Assembly (NCBI RefSeq): GCF_000143415.4
Contig: NW_003314319.1
Span: forward strand, 896,365-960,364
Length of the DNA stretch: 64,000 nucleotides
Direction of reading: 5' to 3'
Origin: Selaginella moellendorffii
Taxonomy: Eukaryota; Plantae; Lycopodiophyta
The notes beneath the pieces are model-generated. The model saw only the letters and a program-made list of their open reading frames with translations, was not told the origin of the DNA and ran no database searches. Every line of letters begins with the position of its first letter. The stretch's first letter is position 1. Position numbers and translations under genes: made by a program. Below, piece by piece: positions 14,858 through 25,056 of the stretch.

Positions 14858-15033
14858 TGTGAGTGCATGGAATATGAAAAAAAGAATACAGAAATGTGCA
14901 TATTAATTAGCCCAAAAACCCTAGCTTATATACAGGAGTAAGTGGTCCGGATTGAAACCAATCCAATGGCTACCAAAATCCCACTACCCTAATATTAGTA
15001 TACGGCATTGTTGCCGTACACTTGGCCCTCACA
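14858..15033. repeat. 5' LTR of element A
   Basis: Direct repeat of 2997-3165, adjacent to the PBS (TCTCCACCA on the + strand at ~14848-14856). Confidence 0.93.
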
Positions 15034-15559
15034 ACACAAATTATATATAAAATACATACTGGATAATTGTACTTTTTTTATCATATCAATTTAGGATCTT
15101 AGAACATTTTTTGTGGTGGCCAAATGTGGGCTATAAAATCCATGGGAAGAAATTCAAATAGCAAAGTTAGGCAAGGAACACTAATGTGTTAAATACTTTA
15201 TTTTCTTTTGCAAGTGAGGAAGGCAAAAAACTTTTCATTCGTGGCACTGCCACAGGCAAGGATTGTGATGCAGGTCTTATGGGAAGTTTGTGGAGCTAAA
15301 CCTAGTTGACTTTGTTATTTAAAATCTGAGCTGGTTATTCACTCCAAGATTCAAAGAAAATGAAGTGTAGTAGGCTTGAATTTGATAATAAGAGTTGGGT
15401 ATAGTGCTTTAGTAGGCTTGACTTTTACTGATTGATGGATGATAACAAAATGTATTAAAATGAATTTGATCAGTTACGAGAATATTCTGCCAGCTGCATG
15501 CCTACTCCCTCTTTGTTAAATAGGGGCAAACTATTTTGATAAATTACAATAATTCAAAA

Positions 15560-16606
15560 ATGGAAGATATTACTCTTCTTATGTTCATGATTTGCTCTTC
15601 TCTCATACTATTTCCATCTGCAGCTGTAGAACTTTGCAATTACACCATTGAATTTTATGATTTTTCAACCGGTCTTCGTATCAGCTGCAATGAACAGAGT
15701 GCTTCAGTCAAGCTCTCAAATCTCAATGGCGACTCTGCCCAAGTCACTGGCTTGAAAGGCGATTCTTGTGGAGGGAATTCTGCAACAGTCATGGCACCTT
15801 GTGACTACTGCATTATCACTATAAACGTCTCCCCTCAAAGAATGGTTCCAGGCTTGGTGATGGTTTCTCGTGAAGGAATGTTGGAAAATGAGTACTCCTT
15901 CCATTTTTCAAGTGAAGTGCTCACTAAGTGTCCCGGTTTCAACGTCGCTAGTGATTTTGCCATTGGCTTCAATCGGCAGTTTTTCCTCTTTCCAACAACA
16001 TGCATGTACAATTCAAGATCAAATTTCCTGATGTGTCCTGGTTGCTCAGCTTCGGGGACGGTAAATAATTCTTTATCATATCCTTCACAAATCCAAACTA
16101 ACATTTTTCAACTTTTTTTGGCTTATATTTCAACTTAGTGTTCATATTCCATCAAGCTGGATGCCCAGACATTGTTCCTATGTGTCACAAGTCAGAAGAT
16201 TGAGGTGTCAATCTACAACGATTACGATAGAAATGTTGGGCGGGGATCTGGGGAGTCTGCAGCTTTTGTAGCATCTCGCAGTGACTTTGAGCAAGGAATC
16301 ACCGTCATTGGGCGATGCGTGGATTTTTGTGCAGTCGGGGTTCAGATATATGATACAAGTTGCTCATATCAAGTGAATCAGGTGAATGTTATGGGTTCAA
16401 ACAACATCTCTCGTACTTTCCAGGTTGGTGAAACCTTAAGCCCAAACCAAGTCATCTTCCAGAGGAACTATGCTTCAGTATACAGAACTCAGTGCGATCG
16501 GCCTAATCCATACCCCATCATGATTGGTGGAACAACTGTACTCGTTCCAAGGGCCTGTGAAACTGACTTTACTGCTACACCAACTAGAATCACATGTCCA
16601 TGCTAA
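15560..16606 (+). CDS. Secreted cysteine-rich protein with two tandem PLAT/ATS3-like modules (~322 aa, 2 exons: 15560-16060, 16139-16606)
   Basis: Signal peptide MEDITLLMFMICSSLILFPSAA. The phase-0 GT..AG intron 16061-16138 joins the two ORFs in frame. Each half begins C-x-Y-x-I, has a central P/R-C-x(2,3)-C and ends T-x-C...P-x-x-C...CP-x(0,1)-C. Confidence 0.8.
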
Positions 16607-16689
16607 GGAAACTTAAGCATGGAAATAATAAAAATAATGGGGGCCAGTCCTACGAAGACAGTCAGACCTGAATTTCAGTATAATGTTGA

Positions 16690-17451
16690 GTATTTAGGTC
16701 CTCCTAGTGTTGTGGAGTGGACACATCAGCTAGTTAAGAGTTGTGACCTTTCGTTCATTGCTGAATATACTTATTATAATGCATCAGAGACTTCTTCCAG
16801 AATTCCTACATGGTATCAGAGACTGAGTTTTGCTGATTTTCAGAGAGCCCTATGGAGAAATAAGATGGTAGCGATCCAGATGAACCACCAGATGTGGTGG
16901 AACGATGAAAGCATTCAGATGATGCTTTCAGCACGAGGAACAACTCAGATTCTGGCCTGGTGATTTGAGTTAACAGAGGATCTAGGCAATGGAGGATTCC
17001 CTTTTCTGGTAGATTGTTTGCATCCCATGTGCTAGAAGCCGAGAACGAGATGGTGCTGAGATTGCAATTGGTGGCATGAGAGAAATGCCAGGGCCACAGA
17101 GTGCTCAGACTGGTCACATGGGGGAATGTCAGCCAAAGGAACAGTGACATCCAATTGGGTAGGAACCCATCAGGTGCCCTAATAGAAAGAGGGAGAGAGC
17201 AGCAATGAGGGATGAATTGCCCACAATCTGCAGAGCATAGATACAGTTTCTTGAAAGATGCATGTCATAAAGATTTTCCCAGGCTCATGTCAGATGAGGA
17301 TTTAAGTCCTCTTATGACATGAGTGTATCATGTGGAATGGACACATCAACAATCATGGTAATTAAGAGTTGTGACATTTCGTTGATTGCTGTTTATACTT
17401 ATTATAATGCAATGATGATCGAATTGTGACCCTTCATCTAGATTTCCAACA
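16690..17451 (+). mobile_element. Degenerate TRIM-like small LTR element
   Basis: Diverged direct repeats ~16690-16810 and ~17300-17451, both ending TTCC(T/A)ACA. A perfect Met-i PBS TGGTATCAGAG lies at 16811-16821, immediately after the first. Purine tract AGAAAGAGGGAGAGAG at ~17184-17199. Confidence 0.6.
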
Positions 17452-17737
17452 AATAAAACTTTGTGTGATGTTATGTTCTATCATTCAAAATGATAAAGCT
17501 TATTAAATTTGAATATTCATCGAATTTCTAGCAACTAAAACCAGAGTTAATGAACCAAAATGAGGATAGATTGATTTTTGTTTTTGAAAATGCCGGACAA
17601 TAAAACAAAAATCATTGACTTATAAATCTTAAACCCTAAACACTTAATTAATCCACTTTTAATTTGTTTAGCTTTTTCAGATTTTGCTTAATTTAAATAA
17701 ACACATTAAAGCCTTAAAGCAGCTTTACATTAACCTT

Positions 17738-18794
17738 CTACCAAGAGGCACAGAAGGTGATGAGATAATCAGACCCTGCAGTGCAAAACAGCGGAACATT
17801 AGTATCATCAAACGGGTAAGTCTTTGCCTGAGGACAACACTCCTTGAACAGCAAACTGAACTGATTTGGATGGCATTTATCCTCCCAAGAACTCATCCTC
17901 GCAGCAAAACTCATCAGCGCCAAACGCTAAGCAAGGACTGTTGCAAGCAACTGGAGTTCCCCTCGAATTCCAAACCAGCAGCTCCGAAGGACACCGCGAA
18001 TTCAAGTCGCAGCTGCAGCCACCACTGAGGCAAACCGGATTGCTGCTTGAAACTTTCACCGCCAAGTTGTAGCCTTCGACCAGAGAGACGCTGTACTCGT
18101 CGATGAAATCGCGATGGAGCTTGAACTCGACTGTGGTGGCCGGGGGCGAATAAGTGCTATTGCATCCGATTGCGTTTGAACAATCTCCTGTTTCGCAGCA
18201 GCCTGTGCCTAGAACTGTGTCAAACTGACAATTGGGGCGCCCCCAGAACTTGCCTGACCATCCCGTCGAAGCATAAACGTCAAAGAGTTGCCATGAGTCT
18301 AGCTTTGATCCTCCCTTTCCCAGCTGCGGATGACCGGAATTTGGTAACCACGCAGGCCAAACGGGGAATGCACAGATGAATCCTTGTTGCTTCGGTTCCT
18401 GGTAACGATGATTGAGTGAACACAGAAAATGCTTTATTTCGTTAAAGTGGGACTTTTCATTATCCCACTTATGGTGTGTGGCCACATGCCATTTTTATAA
18501 CAACAATAAAAAATTGAAGTTTTAACTTTATAATTTATAAATTAAAAACTTTTCATATGATTTTGTGTTATAATATTGTGAAATATAAAAAAATAAATTA
18601 AAAAACTGATAGAAATATTAATAAATATTAATTAAGTACTAGGAAATGGCATGTGGACACATGCTAATTAATGTCCCACTTTACTGAATAAGTCCCACTT
18701 TAACGAAATAAAGCATGAAAACAGAAGCAGGGAGATGCTTACCACTTCCGAAGATCAAAAGCTGAAGAAGCTTGAAGCTTGAAGGCGATTTCAT
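17738..18794 (-). pseudogene. Thaumatin-like protein (PR-5) pseudogene
   Basis: Exon 1 MKSPSSFKLLQLLIFGS, then an intron carrying a MITE. Exon 2 has CAFPVWPA, WSGKFWGR, CETGDC, PPATTVEF, YSVSLVEGYNL, FKECCPQA and YLITFC. Frameshifts near 18375 and 17880. Confidence 0.9.
18429..18716. mobile_element. MITE, 288 bp, TIR ATGCTTTATTTCGTTAAAGTGGGACTT, TSD GAAA
   Basis: Perfect 27-bp TIRs with GAAA on both sides (18425-28, 18717-20). Very AT-rich core. Confidence 0.92.
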
Positions 18795-19479
18795 TGCTTC
18801 CGTAATGCCTCCTCTTCTGCAAAAGCTTTTGTACCAGGGGAAAGGAAAAGCAAAGCTGCTGATGCTGTCATTCACTTGTAGCTAGAGTTGTCTCCACATA
18901 AAGCACCTGAAACCACAAACACCTGAAACTTCAGTCACAAGCATTACCAAGGTTCTGCTGCAGAGGCAACTTCACCGATGCAGCTTGCCAGGCTAATGAA
19001 TACTCAGAGTATTTCAAGGATACCTGTAAGGACGCAGTTACATATCCCAACGATTTCAACAATACCAGGATCACTTGCAGTACGAGCTCGAGCTATATCA
19101 TCACCTTCTGTCCGGACAAGACAATTCCAAGCCTTCGAGTGGCTGCAATATAACTGCTCAGGAACAAATTGTGTGTTGTATCTGGTGGTAAAATAAGTGG
19201 GAATACAGATTACTGCGGAAAACACAGTATCGTAAAAAGAAAATTCAGAGTAATCCTTAGAAAATAAGCAAGCCTGTAAAACGCGCACAGTTCAGATCAA
19301 AGATCAAGAGATTCAAGCAAACAGACCTTTCAGACTATCGTCAATTCAAAAACCGGAGTCACGGAAAATATGTCCATCAGAACCGTCTATGGAAAGCCTT
19401 CTATGGAAATGGGAAACAAAAAACAGCTTGAAATATAAATAAAAAAACAAAAAAAAGGACCTAATTTGGCCGCAGTATC

Positions 19480-21617
19480 TAGGGTTGGTGGCTCGGTTCT
19501 TCTTCGATTTTGCTGGCTGGGGTTTGTGGGCACAAAAGGGATTCAGTTTGCACGGAATTTTCCACAGTTTGGCATCTTTCGACCGTAGTAATCTCGACAC
19601 ATGATTTCACGGATTGTACTTCGCTTTTGGAGAACTCACATCAACCATCAATGATCTCGAGATGAACTGGAGGAGTTCGTACTTGGGGGTTTGTGAGAAT
19701 GGCTGATCAGGTACTTCTCGCACTTGTTTTCCTTTTCCTCAGCAGCAATTCCCCCCTTCGGGCATCTTTATGACATCCTCCGTGGTACGAACACGTTTGA
19801 TTTATGCTCGTCGGAAGTGGTGCTCCAGTTTGGGTTTACCAAAGTGGCAGTGTGGCAGGATTTTCGGAGGGGTGTTGCAAGTTTAGCGAGCTCTGAACAT
19901 GTGTCTTTGTACATGGAGATATTCGCTGTGGTGGTGCATGAAGTTGTTGAAGACTTGGTCACAGTTTTTTGAGAAGTTTACAACAGTATCCTAGTATCCT
20001 GTCGAAGAACGGTAAAGGTCTGAAGTAACTTAGCTAAAATCCATAGAATATCTCGTCGCTGTGTCTACTAGTGCAGTGTATCTTTTAATTTTTATCGAAA
20101 TATACACAATTCACTTGAACAGCAAACTAAACTGATTTGGATGACATTTCTCCAGCCTGAAGAACTCATCCTCGCAGCAAAACTCATCAGTGCCAAACAC
20201 CAAGCCAGGGCTGTTGCAAGCAACTGGAGTCCTCAGATCAAAGATCAAGAGATTCAAGCACCTTTCAAACTATCTTTATTTCAGAAAGTAACAGTCGTGG
20301 GCTGATTAAAAGCAACCTCATTTCAAAAAGAAACTTCTCAAGCCTGTTCAATCAGATGTTCTCACAAAACCACGAAAAAAAACTCATAAACTTATTTTTA
20401 CCTTCTGTTAGCGGACTCGAGCAAAGCATTCCGAGCTTCCAGATCCATAGTCTATTCTAATAACCTTTGTATTTCCTGGGACACATTATCCAGAGACGAA
20501 CAAAAAACCTTGAAAAACAACAAAATAAACAAAATAAAAAAGACCACTTCTTCGATTTTACTGGTTGGGGTTTGTGGGCACAAAAGGGATTCAGTTTGCA
20601 CAGAATTTTCCACAGTTTGGCATCTTTCGACCGTAGTAGTCTTCGACACATGATTCCACGGCCCTTAGGGTTTCATTGTCATCTTCTCAAGCTTGGGTGT
20701 GGCATTGTTCAGTTCTCTGCATGGTGTTTTGGCAATCAGTATTCGGTCGGAGCATGGTATGTACGTACAGGACGGCTGAACTAGCATTGTACTCCGCTTT
20801 TGGAGAACTCACATCAACAATCAATGATCTCGAGATGAACCGGAGGAGTTCGGGATCACACCTTGATGCTGTACTTAAGGGTTTGTGAGAGTAGCTTATC
20901 AGGTACTTCTTGCACTTGTTTTCCTTTCAATCAGCAGCAATTCCCCTCTAAGGGCATCTTTATGACATCCTCCATGGTACGAACACGTTTGATTTATGCT
21001 CGTCGGAAGTGGTGCTCCAGTTTGGGTTTACCAAAGTGGCAGCGTGGCAGGATTTTCGGAGGGGTGTTGCAAGTTTAGCGCATGTGTCTTTGTACATGGA
21101 GATATTCGCTGTGGTGGTGCATGAAGTTGTTGAAGACTTGGCCACAGTTTTTTTGAGAATTTTACAACAGTATCCTAGTAAGAACGGTAAAGGTCTGAAG
21201 TAACTTAGCTAAAATCCATACTGGAAAAACACTTATACTTCAGAGGGATACCATTAGCGACTAGAGCTTACAAGCCCTGTAATTCTGAATTGATGTAAGC
21301 ATACACAATTATATGCAAAATACATACTGGATATTGATCATGTCAATTTGGGATCTTGGAACATTTTTTGAAACCTAGTTGACTTTGTTATTTAAAATCT
21401 GAGCTAGTTATTCACTCCAAGATTCAAAGAAAATGAAGTGTAGTAGTCTTGAATTTGATAATAGGAGTTGGGTATACTGCTTTAGTAGGCTTGACTTTTA
21501 CTGATTGATGGATGATAACAAAATGTATTAAAATGAATTAATAGATCAGTGGCGAGAAGATTCTGCCGGCTGCATGCCTGCTGCCTGCCTGCCCCCCTCT
21601 CTGTTAAATAGGGGCAA
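19480..21617. repeat. Locally duplicated, scrambled unit (copies at ~2580-2996 plus 15034-15530, ~19500-20050, ~20550-21617)
   Basis: Near-identical blocks. 2580-2830 is the reverse complement of ~20550-20833. 21260-21617 matches 2940-2996 joined to 15034-15530. Confidence 0.85.
20110..20232 (-). pseudogene. Second thaumatin-like gene fragment
   Basis: Paralog of 17842-17958 (TPVACNSPGLVFGTDEFCCEDEFF...CHPNQFSLLFK). Confidence 0.8.
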
Positions 21618-21618
21618 G

Positions 21619-21980
21619 TAAGTGGTTGCATAAAGAGACTGTTGTTGCCAACCGAGAAGTCATCACTCAAAGCTCAAAAACTTTCACTATCGTGCAGGAA
21701 GATGCAAAATGATTTCTTTGAGCCATCAGATCAAATGACTGATATAGAAGACGTGTGGTTGAGCTGTGATGAGAGTATCGTTCCATCGTCCATTGCATCG
21801 CTGCCAGGTTTGAAACGTCTTGGAATTTTTAGGCCAAGCATGATACTTAACGATGCACTGTGGTCCCACAATCACAGCCAGGGCGCATTTCCCAGGCTGG
21901 AAGAGCTAAACTGCCCGGAAGGAATGAAAATTCCACCTTGGCTTGAGGACCGCCCCAATCTCAAGAGACATAAGTCTTAA
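21619..21980 (+). pseudogene. NLR copy 1, 3' part (last LRRs)
   Basis: IKRLLLPTEKSSL...AFPRLEELNCPEGMKIPPWLEDRPNLK aligns to 30515-30860 of copy 2, resuming almost exactly where 1-1507 stops. Confidence 0.9.
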
Positions 21981-23129
21981 TTTCCGAAGCATTTTGTTAT
22001 ACGAACGTCTGTAGTTTGACATATTTCTCCTCTAAATCAATATATACAAAACTGCGACTGCACCACTATTCTCCCACCAGGAGAGCTTCGCCTCTCACGT
22101 CCCTGGCAATCTCTACCACCTCAGGTTTGCTCCTTGTCGATTCCAATTCTTGCTGAGCTGCTACCTCGGTTTTGCTCACAGCAGCACCACCTTTGCCGGC
22201 TCTTATCCTCGCCAGGAAACCTCTCACGAGAGCCTGCATTTTCGTCGCAGCGCCCTGGATGTACACGGCCTGGATCCGCTTCTCACGCTCGATGCGCAGA
22301 GTGAGAGGCAACCCCTGCGTTAATCCGAGCCAAACGTAAGTATCACAAGCTTGGAATAGCAGCTACTTACAGTTGGTCCGATCTTATACAGCGTCAGCGT
22401 TTCCAGCAGCTCCTTGAAAGGGATTCCTTTGTTTGGAACTCGAAAACTCATCACCTCGTACTCTATTCTCATGTACCTGAGCAGAACAAAGAAAAAAACG
22501 AGTGAGAGACAAAGAGAGATTGGGAGGATTCCGCAAACACACGCCAAACCATTGGGTTGTGGACTTGTAGCGCCGGCCCAGCGGGTCATCGAGGGCGTTT
22601 ACAAATCATCAAACACAAAGTACACATTGACTGGGAAGCAAAATGCTTGGAGCCCGGGTAAATTTTGAGCTCATAAGCTCAGGAGCCAATGTATCCCGTA
22701 GCATTGGACGATTGTAAAGTTAGCTCTACAAGGACTTGAACGTAAGTGGCATACTTGGGATCGAATGGTTCTTGGCTCCACAACTTCCTATATGCTAACA
22801 GGTGCTCCGGCATGACCATAGAGTTCTCGTTCACAAGGCCGAAGGTTACGGCATCCAGTATGACAGCCACGAACAAGTTCATGAATATGTGACTCCCGAC
22901 CAAGACCTAGAAGGCAAAGAAGATAATGTCACCCCCTCTGGATAGCCACAATCATCGCCGAGTAGTGAGGCAAAGAAGATAATGTCACCCCCTCTGGATA
23001 GCCACAATCATCGCCGAGTAGTGTTTTACCGTTAGTGCAGGCGGGTGCATCAATTGTGGTATCCATCACAAGGCAAGACCAGTTATCAAGAGTTGTAACC
23101 TGTAAAAGAAAAGCGAAACTGAAAGTGAT

Positions 23130-24130
23130 AGAAAAACAAGCCTCAGTGCTCCGAAATTTCCTGCAATCCAGGAGCAAGATCTGCAAGAGAGGTACTGCCA
23201 GGAGTTTCTGCGCTGCCTTGGTACAAGCTCGTATAGCTTGGACGTAATGCACCGCTTTAAAGCCTCCCGCTCCCCTTCCAAGCGACATGATCGATTTTCT
23301 GGCAGAGAGAACAGCGACGGAGGGCCAATCCACGTCGGGAGGTTCCCACTCGATGATCTTTGGAGGCGGCAGCGCTTCCGCAAGATCATCGCGCATGAAA
23401 TCCTCGTCGCCGTCAGTCTGTGCCTCCTGTGGCTGGCTCACCCTGGAGAAGAGCTCTTCTTTGTTGTCGGCGCTGTACCGCCCATAGAGCCGAGAGGTCT
23501 CATCTCGCTCTGGCATCACCGCATACAAACATCGTTCCAATGCTGCGTAGAACAAACGGATCGAGCGCACGCCTTGGTGCAAGCATCCAAATCCGAGACC
23601 CCACACACAGTGATGCACAAATTGGGCGTCACATCCTTTTCAAAGCTGCCCACTCGCTTCATCATCAGATCTTACACGCACACGCGCTTGCAAGCGAATC
23701 TATCCTGGGAATCCAAATCCTGCTGCTGCTGCTGCTGCTCGCTCATCGAGCGATGATTGCCAGCGCCGCCATCTCTCCGCAATGCCAATCTCCATTGTTA
23801 AAGCTAGAAAGGGGAAAAAGTGAGTGAGGTGGGCATCTTTCTGTCCAACCAATGTAAATCATGCTCGCCACCCTCTTGCCTTGCATCACTAGCACCTGAG
23901 GTATATGACACACCGCCACTCTTGCCGCTCTTCCCGCGCCGCCACAGCCGGATCATCGTGGCGGCAGTAACCCTAGTCCCAGCCCCACACGAGCCGTAGA
24001 TTAGAAGGATTGTATCGATATACAAGGAAAGAAAGAATATCCACTTGGACGGTATTTCGGTTGTCTTAAAGCTCTGCCAGAGGGTACGGCCTCGATCGTG
24101 CCAAACCTCACGTAGACAATGCTGTAGCGG
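23130..24130 (-). pseudogene. Chimeric At5g64816-like pseudogene plus unidentified coding fragment inserted into channel copy 1
   Basis: 23500-23960 matches the intact gene at 35367-35795 with frameshifts. It is fused to DDLAEALPPPKIIEWEPP...AVHYVQAIRAC, which is also at 27665-27930. Confidence 0.7.
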
Positions 24131-24790
24131 TTCTAAAATGGGCGTAATCCTGGGCAGAGTCCACACTAGGTCAAAGCCTTTACTGTGCTCAGATCTTGAT
24201 TGCCCTTGCTTGTCACGCCATTCCCAAGCCAATCCCCTCTCGAGCCCTAGCTCCCGCCATGTCTTTTATCGCTGCCCTGCTGCATCCCAAGAAGTCCCCC
24301 GCTGATCCGCCGCCTGATCCTCTGTATTACTGCCGGGCGTTGACGACCCTGGGACCCCTTCTCTCTTGGCCTGGCTTTAACCGGTCTTACGTGATCTTTG
24401 ACGCTTAACATGCGAGTTGTCATCCGTCACAAACCTTTCATTCCTTCTACCGCGCCCACAACCCAGCTTCCGCTTCTTGTGAGTGCCTGACTTTGCATTC
24501 TCTTGATGAACTTCATGTGTTTCATTCGCTTCTTCTGGTTGTCAGTAAGCTCGTTTCTGTCGAGCAAGACAGCAATGATAAGATTCATAACGACGTAAAC
24601 TGTCACGACGAAGTAAAAGACGTATAAAAACGGTGCCACTACGCTGCAAACACGAATGCTTCAATACTAGAGATACTTGAGTGACTGCTTACTTGTATTG
24701 AACTCCAGGTCGCAGGGAATTCCACATTTGGTTTACCCAGGATGGTTACCGTAAACCAGACGAGCATGGCTTCCAGTATGGAATCATGAT

Positions 24791-25056
24791 TTCCTCGCAG
24801 ATACTCTTCAGGAAAGCTGTAATACTGTCCACTGTACAATTCCATGCTGATGATAGAGATTGCTATGATAACCAGAAGAAAAAAGGAAAAAAACCCCGCC
24901 AAAGAGCCAACACTTTCCATGCATTCCTCGCAGATACTCTTCAGGAAAGCTGTAATACTGTCCACTGTACAATTCCATGCTGATGATAGAGATTGCTATG
25001 ATAACCAGAAGAAAAAAGGAAAAAAACCCCGCCAAAGAGCCAACACTTTCCATGCA
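24791..25056. repeat. 133-bp perfect tandem duplication within channel DII S5
   Basis: TTCCTCGCAGATACTC... starts at both 24791 and 24924. Confidence 0.95.

Larger units (their letters stand above)
2997..15033 (-). mobile_element. Ty3/gypsy LTR retrotransposon A (degenerate, interrupted by element B)
   Basis: LTRs at 2997-3165 and 14858-15033 (TGTGA...TCACA, ~90% identical by eye). 4-bp TSD ACAC. PBS TGGTGGAGATG (tRNA-Ala type) next to the right LTR, PPT next to the left LTR. Minus-strand order: gag (13974-14612), PR, RT (FCIDYR, LDFASGYWQV, KTAFRTPFGLYEF), RH (NYSTTEKECLA, ADALSR), INT (GHMG, DLMGP, SDNG, YHPQ). Confidence 0.95.

Noticed and set aside
18850-19340. Short ORFs upstream of the thaumatin pseudogene
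   Set aside because: No recognisable product or coherent exon chain.
1508-21618. Helitron or intact Pack-MULE as the vehicle for the 20-kb insert
   Set aside because: No TC/CTRR ends, terminal hairpin, TIRs or 9-bp TSD could be found by eye.
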